DNA of 64,000 bases from NCBI GenBank assembly GCA_963710575.1, contig CAVQAL010000006.1:245349-309348 (forward strand). The letters run 5' to 3'. Below the pieces are notes generated by a model. The model searched no databases. It was not told the DNA's origin and saw nothing but the letters and a program-made list of their open reading frames with translations. Origin of the DNA: an uncultured delta proteobacterium (GTDB taxonomy: Bacteria; Desulfobacterota; Syntrophia; Syntrophales; Smithellaceae). Below are positions 56,080-64,000 of this stretch, one piece after another (within the stretch, counting starts at the first letter, position 1; the number at the start of each line of letters is the position of its first letter). Both the position numbers and the translations under genes were made by a program.

Positions 56080-58743
56080 ATGACAGAAAAAAATAAAACT
56101 CCACTGGTAGTTCTTGTTGACGGCAGCAATTATATCTACCGCGCCTTCTACGCGATACCGCTTTTGACAAACTCCAAAGGTTTTCCCACCAACGCCATTT
56201 ACGGCTTTACCAACATGCTGCTGAAGCTGCTGCGCGATCTTGCGCCGGATTATATCGTGATGACTTTTGATCTCAAGGGGCCGACAACACGCCACGGAGA
56301 ATTTGAAGATTATAAGGCGACGCGCAAACCCATGCCCGATGATCTCATTCCACAGATACCTTTTATCAAGGATGTCGTACGGGGTCTGTCCATTTCTGTA
56401 TTGGAAAAGCAGGGAGTGGAGGCGGATGATATTATCGGCACACTGGCTGTGCAGGCAAGCAAGCGGGGCTGGCGGACAGCCGTCATTTCCGGTGATAAAG
56501 ATTTGATGCAGCTTGTGGACGAAAACGTCACCATGATCGATACGATGAAGGATAAAACTTATGATGTAGCGGCAGTGAAGGAGCGCTTTGGCGTCGGCCC
56601 CGATAAAGTGGTGGAGATTCTCGGACTCATGGGAGATACGTCGGACAATATTCCAGGAGTGCCCGGCATCGGCCCGAAGACGGCACAGCGGCTGATCGAA
56701 GAATATGGTTCCGTTGAAGAAGTTATAAAAAATTCGGAAAATTTAAGAAACGCCAAATTGCGCGAGACCTTCCGTACCTATGCCGAGCAGGCAAGGTTAA
56801 GCCATCAGTTGGCCTGTATCAGAAAAGATATTGAAATTGATTTCAATTTGCAGGAGGCGGCATTCAAGGAGCCGGATAAAGAAATTTTGTCCCGGTTGTT
56901 CAGTGAATTTGAATTCTCCTCGCTTCTACAGGAGATTAAACGCGATACGGAGAAAGTTGCCAAAGAATATAAACAGATATTGGACAAAGAATCCCTCAAC
57001 GAGCTTGTTGCGAATCTGCAAAAAAGCAGTGAAATTTCCTGTGAGGTAGTTTGGGAAAAAAATCCACCAACGGATTTGATCGGCATTGCCATAAGCAACG
57101 GCACTGATGCTTTTTATATTCCGCTTGGTCACACCAACGCTCATACGCAGTTGCCGGCAAAAGAAGTGTTCGCCGCGCTTGCTTCCGTTTTATCGAACAG
57201 CAAAATTAAAAAGTATGGTCATGATTTAAAAAACACACTGATTAATCTCATTCAGTGGAGTGTGGAATTGCCAAATGGGTTTGATGTTTTTTTGGCAGCT
57301 TACTTACTCAATCCGGCCAAAAATTCTTATGAACTTGCCGAATTATCCTGGGAATATTTGCACGAGCAGGTTTCCGCGCCAAACGATGTAGCTGGCGGAA
57401 AAGGAAAAGCTTATCCCCTGGCTTTAGTGCCTGTCGATAAAATGACCGCCTATGCCGGAGAACGCGCCGATGCCATTTTTGCTCTTGCTCCGACTCTTGC
57501 CGCTGAATTAAAGAAAATTGATGCCATCGATCTTTTCCATGAAGTAGAAATGCCGCTTTTATATGTGCTCACCGCTATGGAGAAAAAAGGCGTACTGGTG
57601 GACACATCAATTTTAAAACAAATGTCAACGGAACTGGGACAATTGCTATCAATTTCAGAGGAAAAGATTTTCCGTCTGGCCGGTGAAAAATTCAACATAA
57701 ATTCGCCCAAACAATTGCAGGTAATTTTATTTGAAAAACTCAAATTGCCCGCCGGCAAGAAAACAAAAGATGGTTACTCCACCGATGTGGATGTTTTAAC
57801 GGAGCTTGCGCGCGGCCATGAACTGCCCGCGGAAATACTGGCTTACCGCTCTTTGTCCAAACTCAAGTCCACTTATATTGACGCGCTGCCCGCTTTGATT
57901 AATCCAAATACCGGCAGGATTCATACATCCTACAACCAGACAGTGACGGCAACGGGAAGGCTCTCCAGCAGCAATCCCAATTTGCAGAATATCCCCATCC
58001 GCACACTGGAAGGTAAAAGAATACGTCAGGCGTTTATCGCCGCGCCTGATTGCGTTTTGATCTCCGCCGATTATTCGCAAATCGAACTAAGGGCGCTGGC
58101 GCATCTGTCCGAAGATGAAACTTTGCTGGAAGCATTTACTTCGGATGAAGATATTCACACCCGCACAGCATCAGATGTTTTCGGAGTTTTTCCGCAAATG
58201 GTGAATGCCGATATGCGCCGTCAAGCCAAAGTCATCAATTTCGGCATTCTTTACGGTATGAGCGCTTTCGGTCTGGCCAGGGAACTGGGCGTTTCCCTGA
58301 AAATTGCCCAGGCCTACATTGACGGATATTTTCAGCGCTATAAAAAGGTACGTTCCTATCTGGATGGAATTCTGGAAGGAGCGCGCCGTGATGGTTTCGT
58401 CTGCACCCTACTGAACCGCCGCCGCTACCTGCCGGAATTGAAAAGTAAGATTCCTTCCGTGCGTCAGTTTGCCGAACGCATGGCAATAAACACTCCTATT
58501 CAGGGAACCGCGGCCGATTTGATTAAAGTGGCGATGGTGAACATCGCTAATTTGCTCACCAAGAAAGATCTTGCCGCCCGGCTGATTATGCAGGTGCACG
58601 ATGAACTTGTTGTCGAAGCACCGTCTGCGGAAAAAGAAGAAGTAATGAAGCTGGTCAAAAAAGAAATGGAGGAAGTTATTAAACTCAAGGTGCCGTTGAA
58701 GGTGGAGATTGCGAGCGGGGTAAATTGGGACGAAGCCCACTGA
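56080..58743 (+). CDS. polA: DNA polymerase I
   Basis: 5'-nuclease domain (LVDGSNYIYRAFYA), a 3'-5' exo-like middle domain, and polymerase motifs DYSQIELR (A), RRQAKVINFGILYG (B) and QVHDELV (C). Confidence 0.95.
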   Translation: MTEKNKTPLVVLVDGSNYIYRAFYAIPLLTNSKGFPTNAIYGFTNMLLKLLRDLAPDYIVMTFDLKGPTTRHGEFEDYKATRKPMPDDLIPQIPFIKDVVRGLSISVLEKQGVEADDIIGTLAVQASKRGWRTAVISGDKDLMQLVDENVTMIDTMKDKTYDVAAVKERFGVGPDKVVEILGLMGDTSDNIPGVPGIGPKTAQRLIEEYGSVEEVIKNSENLRNAKLRETFRTYAEQARLSHQLACIRKDIEIDFNLQEAAFKEPDKEILSRLFSEFEFSSLLQEIKRDTEKVAKEYKQILDKESLNELVANLQKSSEISCEVVWEKNPPTDLIGIAISNGTDAFYIPLGHTNAHTQLPAKEVFAALASVLSNSKIKKYGHDLKNTLINLIQWSVELPNGFDVFLAAYLLNPAKNSYELAELSWEYLHEQVSAPNDVAGGKGKAYPLALVPVDKMTAYAGERADAIFALAPTLAAELKKIDAIDLFHEVEMPLLYVLTAMEKKGVLVDTSILKQMSTELGQLLSISEEKIFRLAGEKFNINSPKQLQVILFEKLKLPAGKKTKDGYSTDVDVLTELARGHELPAEILAYRSLSKLKSTYIDALPALINPNTGRIHTSYNQTVTATGRLSSSNPNLQNIPIRTLEGKRIRQAFIAAPDCVLISADYSQIELRALAHLSEDETLLEAFTSDEDIHTRTASDVFGVFPQMVNADMRRQAKVINFGILYGMSAFGLARELGVSLKIAQAYIDGYFQRYKKVRSYLDGILEGARRDGFVCTLLNRRRYLPELKSKIPSVRQFAERMAINTPIQGTAADLIKVAMVNIANLLTKKDLAARLIMQVHDELVVEAPSAEKEEVMKLVKKEMEEVIKLKVPLKVEIASGVNWDEAH

Positions 58744-58751
58744 CAGGGCTG

Positions 58752-58868
58752 TCATTCTTCCTGTAATGTTGTTTTTCTTGTTTTTCCAAGCTACTCAACA
58801 CTTAAATCGGGAATAAAAAACTGCTGAACTCTAACTTAACTTGTGGTACAAAGATTTGGAACAGGTCA
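58752..58868 (+). repeat. Interspersed repeat family B, copy 2 (long form), immediately upstream of the DUF4145 gene
   Basis: gtcattcttcctgtaatgttgtttttcttgtttttcc...caacacttaaatcgg...gctgaactctaacttaacttgtggtacaaagatttggaacaggtca. It aligns with the reverse complement of 5942-6080 and with 39667-39743. Confidence 0.8.
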
Positions 58869-58914
58869 TCTTGGAATAAGTATAAAATTACGCGTTATGT
58901 TAAGGTAAGAATAT

Positions 58915-59544
58915 ATGAAGATATCAGCAAAAGAACCTCTCGCCTATATTGACGGTGGCCCTATTCAGACTATTTGCCCGTACTGTGGTCACAAAGGTAC
59001 TTTTGAAGCAATCAGCCGCGACCGTTTTATACAAAACAAATACATTTGCGGACAACGTCTTTGCCCGGACCAAGACTGCCAAGGTCACCTTTTCGTTGTT
59101 CTCGACAAAAGCAAGAATCTGTTATTTCATTATCCTTTTCGCAGCATCTCTTTGAACAAGGAAAACATCCCGGCATCGATTATAAAAACCTTTGATGAAG
59201 CCGTTACCTGTCATGCCCAGAACTGTTTTGTAGCTTCGGCAATAATGATCAGGCGAACCTTGGAGGAGATTTGCGAAGAACGAGGAACGATCGGCAAGGA
59301 TCTCAAGACACGTATTCATGATCTTAAGACAAAAATACTTTTGCCGCAGGAACTGTTCGATGCAATGGACGAACTGAGCTTGCTCGGTAACGATGCTGTC
59401 CATGTAGGGGCCAATACTTTTGCGCAAATCAGTAGTCAAGAACTCGATGTCGCTATAGAGTTCACCCTTGAGATCCTTAAAGCCCTTTATCAGTACAGCA
59501 GCCTACTTAGCAAGATGAGAGGGCTAAAAAAAACTAAACCCTAA
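58915..59544 (+). CDS. Zinc-ribbon plus DUF4145 (HEPN-superfamily) domain protein (209 aa)
   Basis: N-terminal CPYC...CPDQDC zinc ribbon. The C-terminal DUF4145 pattern is FDEAVTCHAQNCFVASAIMIRRTLEEIC...LLGNDAVH. Confidence 0.7.
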   Translation: MKISAKEPLAYIDGGPIQTICPYCGHKGTFEAISRDRFIQNKYICGQRLCPDQDCQGHLFVVLDKSKNLLFHYPFRSISLNKENIPASIIKTFDEAVTCHAQNCFVASAIMIRRTLEEICEERGTIGKDLKTRIHDLKTKILLPQELFDAMDELSLLGNDAVHVGANTFAQISSQELDVAIEFTLEILKALYQYSSLLSKMRGLKKTKP

Positions 59545-59594
59545 GCAAGACAAGCTTGAGTTTTGACAATTCTCGCCATTGCCCGCTATGAATA

Positions 59595-59673
59595 ACTTCT
59601 TCCTGAATTCAAGTAGTCTTCAACCTTGCCAGAGATGTTTGCTTTCAATCCGTAATAAACAAAATTCACGCCC
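59595..59673 (+). repeat. Interspersed repeat family B, copy 3 (divergent), immediately downstream of the DUF4145 gene
   Basis: acttcttcctgaattc...tttcaatccgtaataaacaaaattcacgcccg. The 3' half matches 39712-39743 at 28 of 32 positions. The 5' half is recognisably related but diverged. Confidence 0.65.
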
Positions 59674-59720
59674 GGGAAATATCGTCTTCTACCTCTAACA
59701 TTTTGAGGCCATTATTCCCT

Positions 59721-59749
59721 TTGACATTAAAGACACTTCTTTATATATT
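59721..59749 (+). promoter_or_regulatory. Sigma70-like promoter (TTGACA-N17-TATATT) upstream of the REC-PAS-HD-GYP gene
   Basis: The -35 is at 59721-59726, followed by an exact 17-nt spacer and the -10 at 59744-59749, ~65 nt before ATG 59816. Confidence 0.5.
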
Positions 59750-59815
59750 TTACACGGTGGCCATTAGTTAACATTTCAACTAATAGGATTATTTCAAGAC
59801 ACAGAAAGCAACGCT

Positions 59816-62686
59816 ATGAAGGATAAATCACTCCGCGTATTAATTATTGAAGATTCGGAAGATGATTTACTGCTTATAATCCGTGAGCTTAAAAAAGGCG
59901 GATACAAGCCGGTGTATGAACGGGTGCAAACTGCCGCCGCCATGAAAAAAGCCCTTAAAGAGAAGCAATGGGATATCATCCTTTGCGATTATAAAATGCC
60001 GAAATTCAATGCTCCTTCAGCCATTGCCATATTAAAAAAAGCAAATATAGACATTTCTATCATCATTGTATCCGGAACTATTGGCGAAACTGTGGCCGCA
60101 GAGTGTATGCGTTTAGGCGCCCAGGATTACATTATGAAGGGTAACCTGTCCCGTCTTTGCCCGGCCATAGCCAGAGAATTAGAAGATGCAAAAGTTAGAA
60201 AAAAGCAAAAGCGGGCAGAGGAGGCATTGCGGGAGAGCGAAAGGAATCTTGCCTCAATCTACAATACAGTCGGAGATGTTATTTTCCATCTAGCGGTAGA
60301 ATCCGCAGGACAGTTCCGCTTCGTTTCTGTCAACTCGGCTTTTTTGAAGGTCACCGGATTGAGTCTGGAAATGGTGGTCGGTAGGACGGTGAACGAGATC
60401 ATCCCTGAGCCGTCCCTGACGATGGTTCTGGGAAAGTACGGACAGGCGATAGCAGAAAAGACCATCGTGTGTTGGGAGGAAATATCTGATTACCCCACTG
60501 GGCGGTTGACAGGCATAGTCAGCATCGCGCCTGTTTTTAACGACAAAGGCACTTGTACCCACCTGGTTGGATCAGTTCAGGACATTACCGAGCGCAAGCG
60601 GGTTGAGGAAGACCTTTATGTGAGCGAAGGACGATTCCGTCTTCTGTCTGAAGCAGCTTTTGAAGCCATTGCCATTCACGAAAAAGGTATCCTCATGAAT
60701 GCCAACGACCAATATTTCAAAATGTTTGGGTACGAACCGGACGAAGCGCTTGGGAGGGAGATGATCTCCGTAACTTTTGCTCCTGAAGTTTTAGAGTTCG
60801 TAAAAAAGCAAGTAGCCGCAGATAGCTTGGGACCGTACGAAGCCATTGGACTCAGGAAAGATGGGACAAGATTTCCGATAGAGATACGCGCTCGAAAGAT
60901 GGAATACAAAGGACGCATTGTCAGGTTTGGAGCCATCCGTGACATCACCGATCGCAAGCAGGCGGAGGAAGCGTTGCGGGAGAGCGAAGAGCTTTACCGC
61001 ACGATATTCGAGAATACCGGCACGTCGATGATTCTCATTGAAGAGGACATGACTATAAGTATGGCAAATGGGGAATTCGTGCGCAACACCGGATATTCAT
61101 CGGATGAAATTAATGGCCGTATGAAATGGACTGAAATTGTTCATCCGGATGATCTCGGGCGAATGATCGAACAGCACCGGTTGCGACGCGAGAGTCAGGG
61201 GGGTGCGCTGCCGAGTTACGAATTCCGCTACATAACCAAGACCGGCGATCTACGGGATACTTTGTTAACCATTAAGCTTGTACCAGGCACGAAGAAAAGC
61301 ATTGCTTCTCTTATCGACATCACTGAGCGCAAGAAGATGGATGAGGCGTTGAGGAAAAGTGAAAACCGTTTAAGAACACAGTACAATGGCAACCCAATTC
61401 CGACTTTTACTTGGCAAAAACAAGGGGGCGAGTTCATTCTGACAGATTTTAATGATAGTGCAAAGAACTTTACAACCGGACAAAGGAAAACTTTCCTTGG
61501 AAGACAGGCTTCCGAGATGTATGAAGGTCGGCCGGAGATATTAAAAAACATTCAGAGATGTTTTGATGAAAAAAGAAACATTAGGATAGAATCCATATCA
61601 GAACATTTCATGCCTGGAAAGATTGTGGTAATCACGTTCGTTTTCGTTCCTTCTGATCTGGTCATGGTACACATGGAAGACATTACCGAGCGCAAAAAGG
61701 CGGAGCAGACACTGCGGGAGAGTGAGGATAAATACCGGACATTGATTGAAACAACCAACACGGGCTACGTTATTATTGATCAGGATGGTTTAGTGCTGGA
61801 TGCAAATTACGAATATGTACGCCTTACCGGACATCATGATTTGAGTGAAATAGTAGGCAGAAGTGTTATAGAATGGACTGCCGAGCCGGAAAAAGAAAAA
61901 AATGCAGAAGCGGTGAAGGCCTGCTTTGACAAAGGATATATAAGAAACCTGGAAATTGACTATGTGGATGCAAAAGGCAACGTAACCCCTATAGAGATCA
62001 ATGCAACCTGTATGAAAATAGAGGGGAAAACACATACGATAACAATATGTCGCGACATCACCGAGCGCAAGCAGGCGGAGGAACAACTTCAACAAACTCT
62101 TGAAAGTCTTAAGAAAGCGATTGGCACGACTATTCAGGTCTTGGTGTCCGCCGTAGAGTCCAGAGATCCCTATACGGCCGGTCACCAGTCTCGAACTGCG
62201 CATCTGGCCTATGCCATAGCCACGGAGATGAGACTTCCTCATGACACAATAGAAGGAATCCGCATGGCAGGTACCATCCACGACATCGGAAAATTATCCA
62301 TACCAGCGGAGATATTGGTCAAACCTACCAAGTTGACAGATATTGAATTTTCCCTGATTAAAGAACACTCTAAGAGTGGATACGAGATGCTGAAGGATGT
62401 GGGCTCTCCCTGGCCGCTGGCACAAATTGTTTACCAACACCATGAACGGATGAATGGCTCAGGCTATCCCAGAAACCTGAAAGGGGATGAAATTCTCATG
62501 GAGTCACGGATTCTGGCTGTGGCCGATGTTGTGGAGGCCATAGCTTCTCACCGTCCCTATCGGCCAAACTTGGGTATTGATGTCGCCCTTAAAGAAATCG
62601 AGAAAAATAAAGGGATTCTTTATGACGATACTGTCGCAGATGCTTGCCTGAAATTATTTCGGGAGAAAGGCTATCAGCTTAAATGA
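59816..62686 (+). CDS. Response-regulator receiver / multi-PAS / HD-GYP c-di-GMP phosphodiesterase (956 aa)
   Basis: REC domain (RVLIIEDSEDD...ILCDYKMPKFN). At least five PAS modules, each ending in D(I)T(E/D)RK linkers. HD-GYP signatures HQSRTAHLA, TIHDIGKLSIP and YQHHERMNGSGYPRN. Confidence 0.9.
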   Translation: MKDKSLRVLIIEDSEDDLLLIIRELKKGGYKPVYERVQTAAAMKKALKEKQWDIILCDYKMPKFNAPSAIAILKKANIDISIIIVSGTIGETVAAECMRLGAQDYIMKGNLSRLCPAIARELEDAKVRKKQKRAEEALRESERNLASIYNTVGDVIFHLAVESAGQFRFVSVNSAFLKVTGLSLEMVVGRTVNEIIPEPSLTMVLGKYGQAIAEKTIVCWEEISDYPTGRLTGIVSIAPVFNDKGTCTHLVGSVQDITERKRVEEDLYVSEGRFRLLSEAAFEAIAIHEKGILMNANDQYFKMFGYEPDEALGREMISVTFAPEVLEFVKKQVAADSLGPYEAIGLRKDGTRFPIEIRARKMEYKGRIVRFGAIRDITDRKQAEEALRESEELYRTIFENTGTSMILIEEDMTISMANGEFVRNTGYSSDEINGRMKWTEIVHPDDLGRMIEQHRLRRESQGGALPSYEFRYITKTGDLRDTLLTIKLVPGTKKSIASLIDITERKKMDEALRKSENRLRTQYNGNPIPTFTWQKQGGEFILTDFNDSAKNFTTGQRKTFLGRQASEMYEGRPEILKNIQRCFDEKRNIRIESISEHFMPGKIVVITFVFVPSDLVMVHMEDITERKKAEQTLRESEDKYRTLIETTNTGYVIIDQDGLVLDANYEYVRLTGHHDLSEIVGRSVIEWTAEPEKEKNAEAVKACFDKGYIRNLEIDYVDAKGNVTPIEINATCMKIEGKTHTITICRDITERKQAEEQLQQTLESLKKAIGTTIQVLVSAVESRDPYTAGHQSRTAHLAYAIATEMRLPHDTIEGIRMAGTIHDIGKLSIPAEILVKPTKLTDIEFSLIKEHSKSGYEMLKDVGSPWPLAQIVYQHHERMNGSGYPRNLKGDEILMESRILAVADVVEAIASHRPYRPNLGIDVALKEIEKNKGILYDDTVADACLKLFREKGYQLK

Positions 62687-62715
62687 GATAGAAAAACCAA
62701 TCCCGAAGACAAAAC

Positions 62716-62735
62716 ATGATTACAGATGTAATCAT
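62716..62735 (+). terminator. AT-rich palindromic hairpin followed by a T-rich run (weak candidate terminator)
   Basis: ATGATTACA-ga-TGTAATCAT, then taatttt, lying 30 nt after the stop at 62686. The stem has low GC, so it is a weak candidate. Confidence 0.3.
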
Positions 62736-63026
62736 TAATTTTGATAATAGCCCGCTAATGAACAGCAGTAGATGTAACCAATAATTAGGACGGGAATTAA
62801 TTTAAAACAGGTCTGTAAAGCCAAATTTGAATTAGGATAATTGGACAACGCGTTAAGTCTTTGCTTGGCGATGTTTATTGATATAATGCCACTTTTAAGT
62901 CAACGACGACCACCACCGCTTTTTAATATATCTTGACAAAAATAAAAGTTTTGAGTTAGTGCTTTTTAGTTTTTGTAAGCAATTATTCTTAATTATCCCG
63001 TAAGCTAATATTGAGGAGGACCGATA

Positions 63027-64000
63027 GTGTATTTCTCAAAAGAAATGCAGAAAACTTCATTAAAGCTCACCCAAAAATGGGAGGATGAAGTAAAAAAATC
63101 ACTGAAAGATAATCCCGATCAAAAAGAATGCTTTTCTACGGTTTCGGATACGGAAATCAAGAGGCTTTATACTCCGGAAGACATTAAAAATATCGACTTC
63201 GCCGAAGATATCAGCGTCCCCGGTGAATTTCCGTATTTACGGGGAAATCAGGTGACAGGCTACCGCGGCCGTTATTGGACATTTCGTATGTTTGCCGGCA
63301 TGGGCAGCGCGCAGGATACCAACCAACGCTGGCGCATGCTGCTGCGTCAGGGGCAAACCGGACTCAGCACAGCTTTCGATTTTCCGACACTCATGGGCTA
63401 CGACAGCGACTCGCCCAAAGCGCTGGGCGAAGTAGGCAAGTGTGGTGTTGCCATAGATACCCTCGAAGATTTTCTGGCTCTTATGGAAGGCATTCCTCTG
63501 GATGAGGTTACCACTTCCATGACTATTAATCCACCGGCGACAGTTTTATTTGCTATGTATTGCGCGGTGGCGGACATCAAAGGCGTACCGCTTACCAAAA
63601 TAGGCGGCACCATTCAAAATGATATGCTCAAGGAATTCATCGCGCAAAAAACATTCATGTGCCCGCCGGAACCTTCGGTAAAACTGATCAGCGATACTGT
63701 CGAATTTGGCACAAAATTTGTCCCGCGCTGGAATACAATCAGCATTAGTGGCTATCATATCCGCGAGTCAGGCTCCACCGCCATTCAGGAGTTGGCCTTT
63801 ACTCTTCGCGATGGCATTGAATATGTCGAAGATGTTGTCCGCCGCAAGGGTTTAAATGTTGATGACTTTGCCACACGTCTTTCTTTCTTTTTCAATTCTC
63901 ATAGCGACTTCTTTGAAGAAATCTGCAAAATGCGGGCGGCGCGGCGCATGTGGGCAAAAATTATGCGCGACCGCTTCCATGCCAAAGATCCCCGCTCCTT
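63027..64000 (+). CDS. Methylmalonyl-CoA-mutase-family (acyl-CoA mutase) catalytic subunit, 5' partial (runs off the window)
   Basis: Not in the ORF track because it has no stop. My own translation gives ...[62 protein letters not shown]...[15 protein letters not shown]...[23 protein letters not shown].... Start at GTG 63027, 7 nt after GAGGAGG, or at ATG 63045. Confidence 0.85.
   Translation, partial: MYFSKEMQKTSLKLTQKWEDEVKKSLKDNPDQKECFSTVSDTEIKRLYTPEDIKNIDFAEDISVPGEFPYLRGNQVTGYRGRYWTFRMFAGMGSAQDTNQRWRMLLRQGQTGLSTAFDFPTLMGYDSDSPKALGEVGKCGVAIDTLEDFLALMEGIPLDEVTTSMTINPPATVLFAMYCAVADIKGVPLTKIGGTIQNDMLKEFIAQKTFMCPPEPSVKLISDTVEFGTKFVPRWNTISISGYHIRESGSTAIQELAFTLRDGIEYVEDVVRRKGLNVDDFATRLSFFFNSHSDFFEEICKMRAARRMWAKIMRDRFHAKDPRS

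Noticed and set aside
58830-58905. Possible integron attC site or gene-cassette boundary upstream of the DUF4145 gene. ACTTAAC fits RYYYAAC, and GTTAAGG ~65 nt later lies 9 nt before the ATG.
   Set aside because: The two core-like heptamers are near-complementary (6 of 7), but the sequences between them show no L''/L' pairing. GTTAAGG breaks the GTTRRRY rule at the last base. The related copy at 5942-6080 has no matching GTT core. No intI gene or second attC is present.
62687-63026. A cobalamin riboswitch might lie upstream of the B12-dependent mutase gene (a gccact string occurs near 62889).
   Set aside because: Only a 6-nt partial resemblance to the B12 box exists, with none of the surrounding conserved helices. 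A TGATATAAT extended -10-like string at 62877-62885 is a simpler explanation for the region.
1-64000. Search for tRNA, rRNA, CRISPR arrays, transposases, integrases or prophage genes.
   Set aside because: None were found. No T-loop GGTTCGAATCC-like strings occur in a tRNA context. There are no regularly spaced direct repeats with unique spacers, and no ORF has DDE, tyrosine- or serine-recombinase or phage structural motifs.

Overview
This 64-kb window looks like ordinary chromosome from an anaerobic, probably Desulfobacterota-like bacterium. That placement is inferred only from gene content: a Hox-type [NiFe] hydrogenase, NirJ/Ahb-type radical-SAM and siroheme-decarboxylase-like genes, and many PAS/HD-GYP sensors. 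There is no rRNA or tRNA to anchor it. I support about 44 protein-coding genes, two gene remnants, five sigma70-like promoters and three families of interspersed non-coding repeats. I saw no transposase, integrase, CRISPR array, tRNA or rRNA. Housekeeping genes include lon, hrpA, prfC, typA, polA, queF, a DEAD-box helicase and the 5' part of an acyl-CoA mutase. Metabolic blocks are an IlvD-like/2-hydroxyacid-dehydrogenase/ThDP-enzyme cluster, a HoxU(NuoG-like)-HoxY-HoxH-protease hydrogenase operon, an SDR-nitroreductase-FeS-hydrolase-ALDH cluster, and a TetR-HlyD-ABC-ABC2 efflux operon. The window is rich in c-di-GMP genes: one GGDEF sensor, two HD-GYP enzymes and two PilZ proteins. The best candidate for an undescribed system is a translationally coupled pair at 29766-34249. 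It joins a tandem-PilZ protein carrying a ~350-aa unassignable C-terminal domain to a membrane GAF-PAS-HD-GYP phosphodiesterase with an unassigned N-terminal sensor domain. Other points worth a second look follow. Two low-GC singleton genes have HEPN-type signatures: 45768-46526 (RNase-HIII-N-like domain plus an RNEAGH motif) and 58915-59544 (Zn-ribbon plus DUF4145). A low-GC PilZ-repeat-TM protein has a cysteine-less sunset/Ada-like tail. Two repeat families that I cannot match to any element or RNA family from memory have copies at these singletons: one brackets the DUF4145 gene and precedes the PilZ gene, and the other lies just downstream of the HEPN-like gene. All functional calls rest on motif recognition by eye; I ran no database search.
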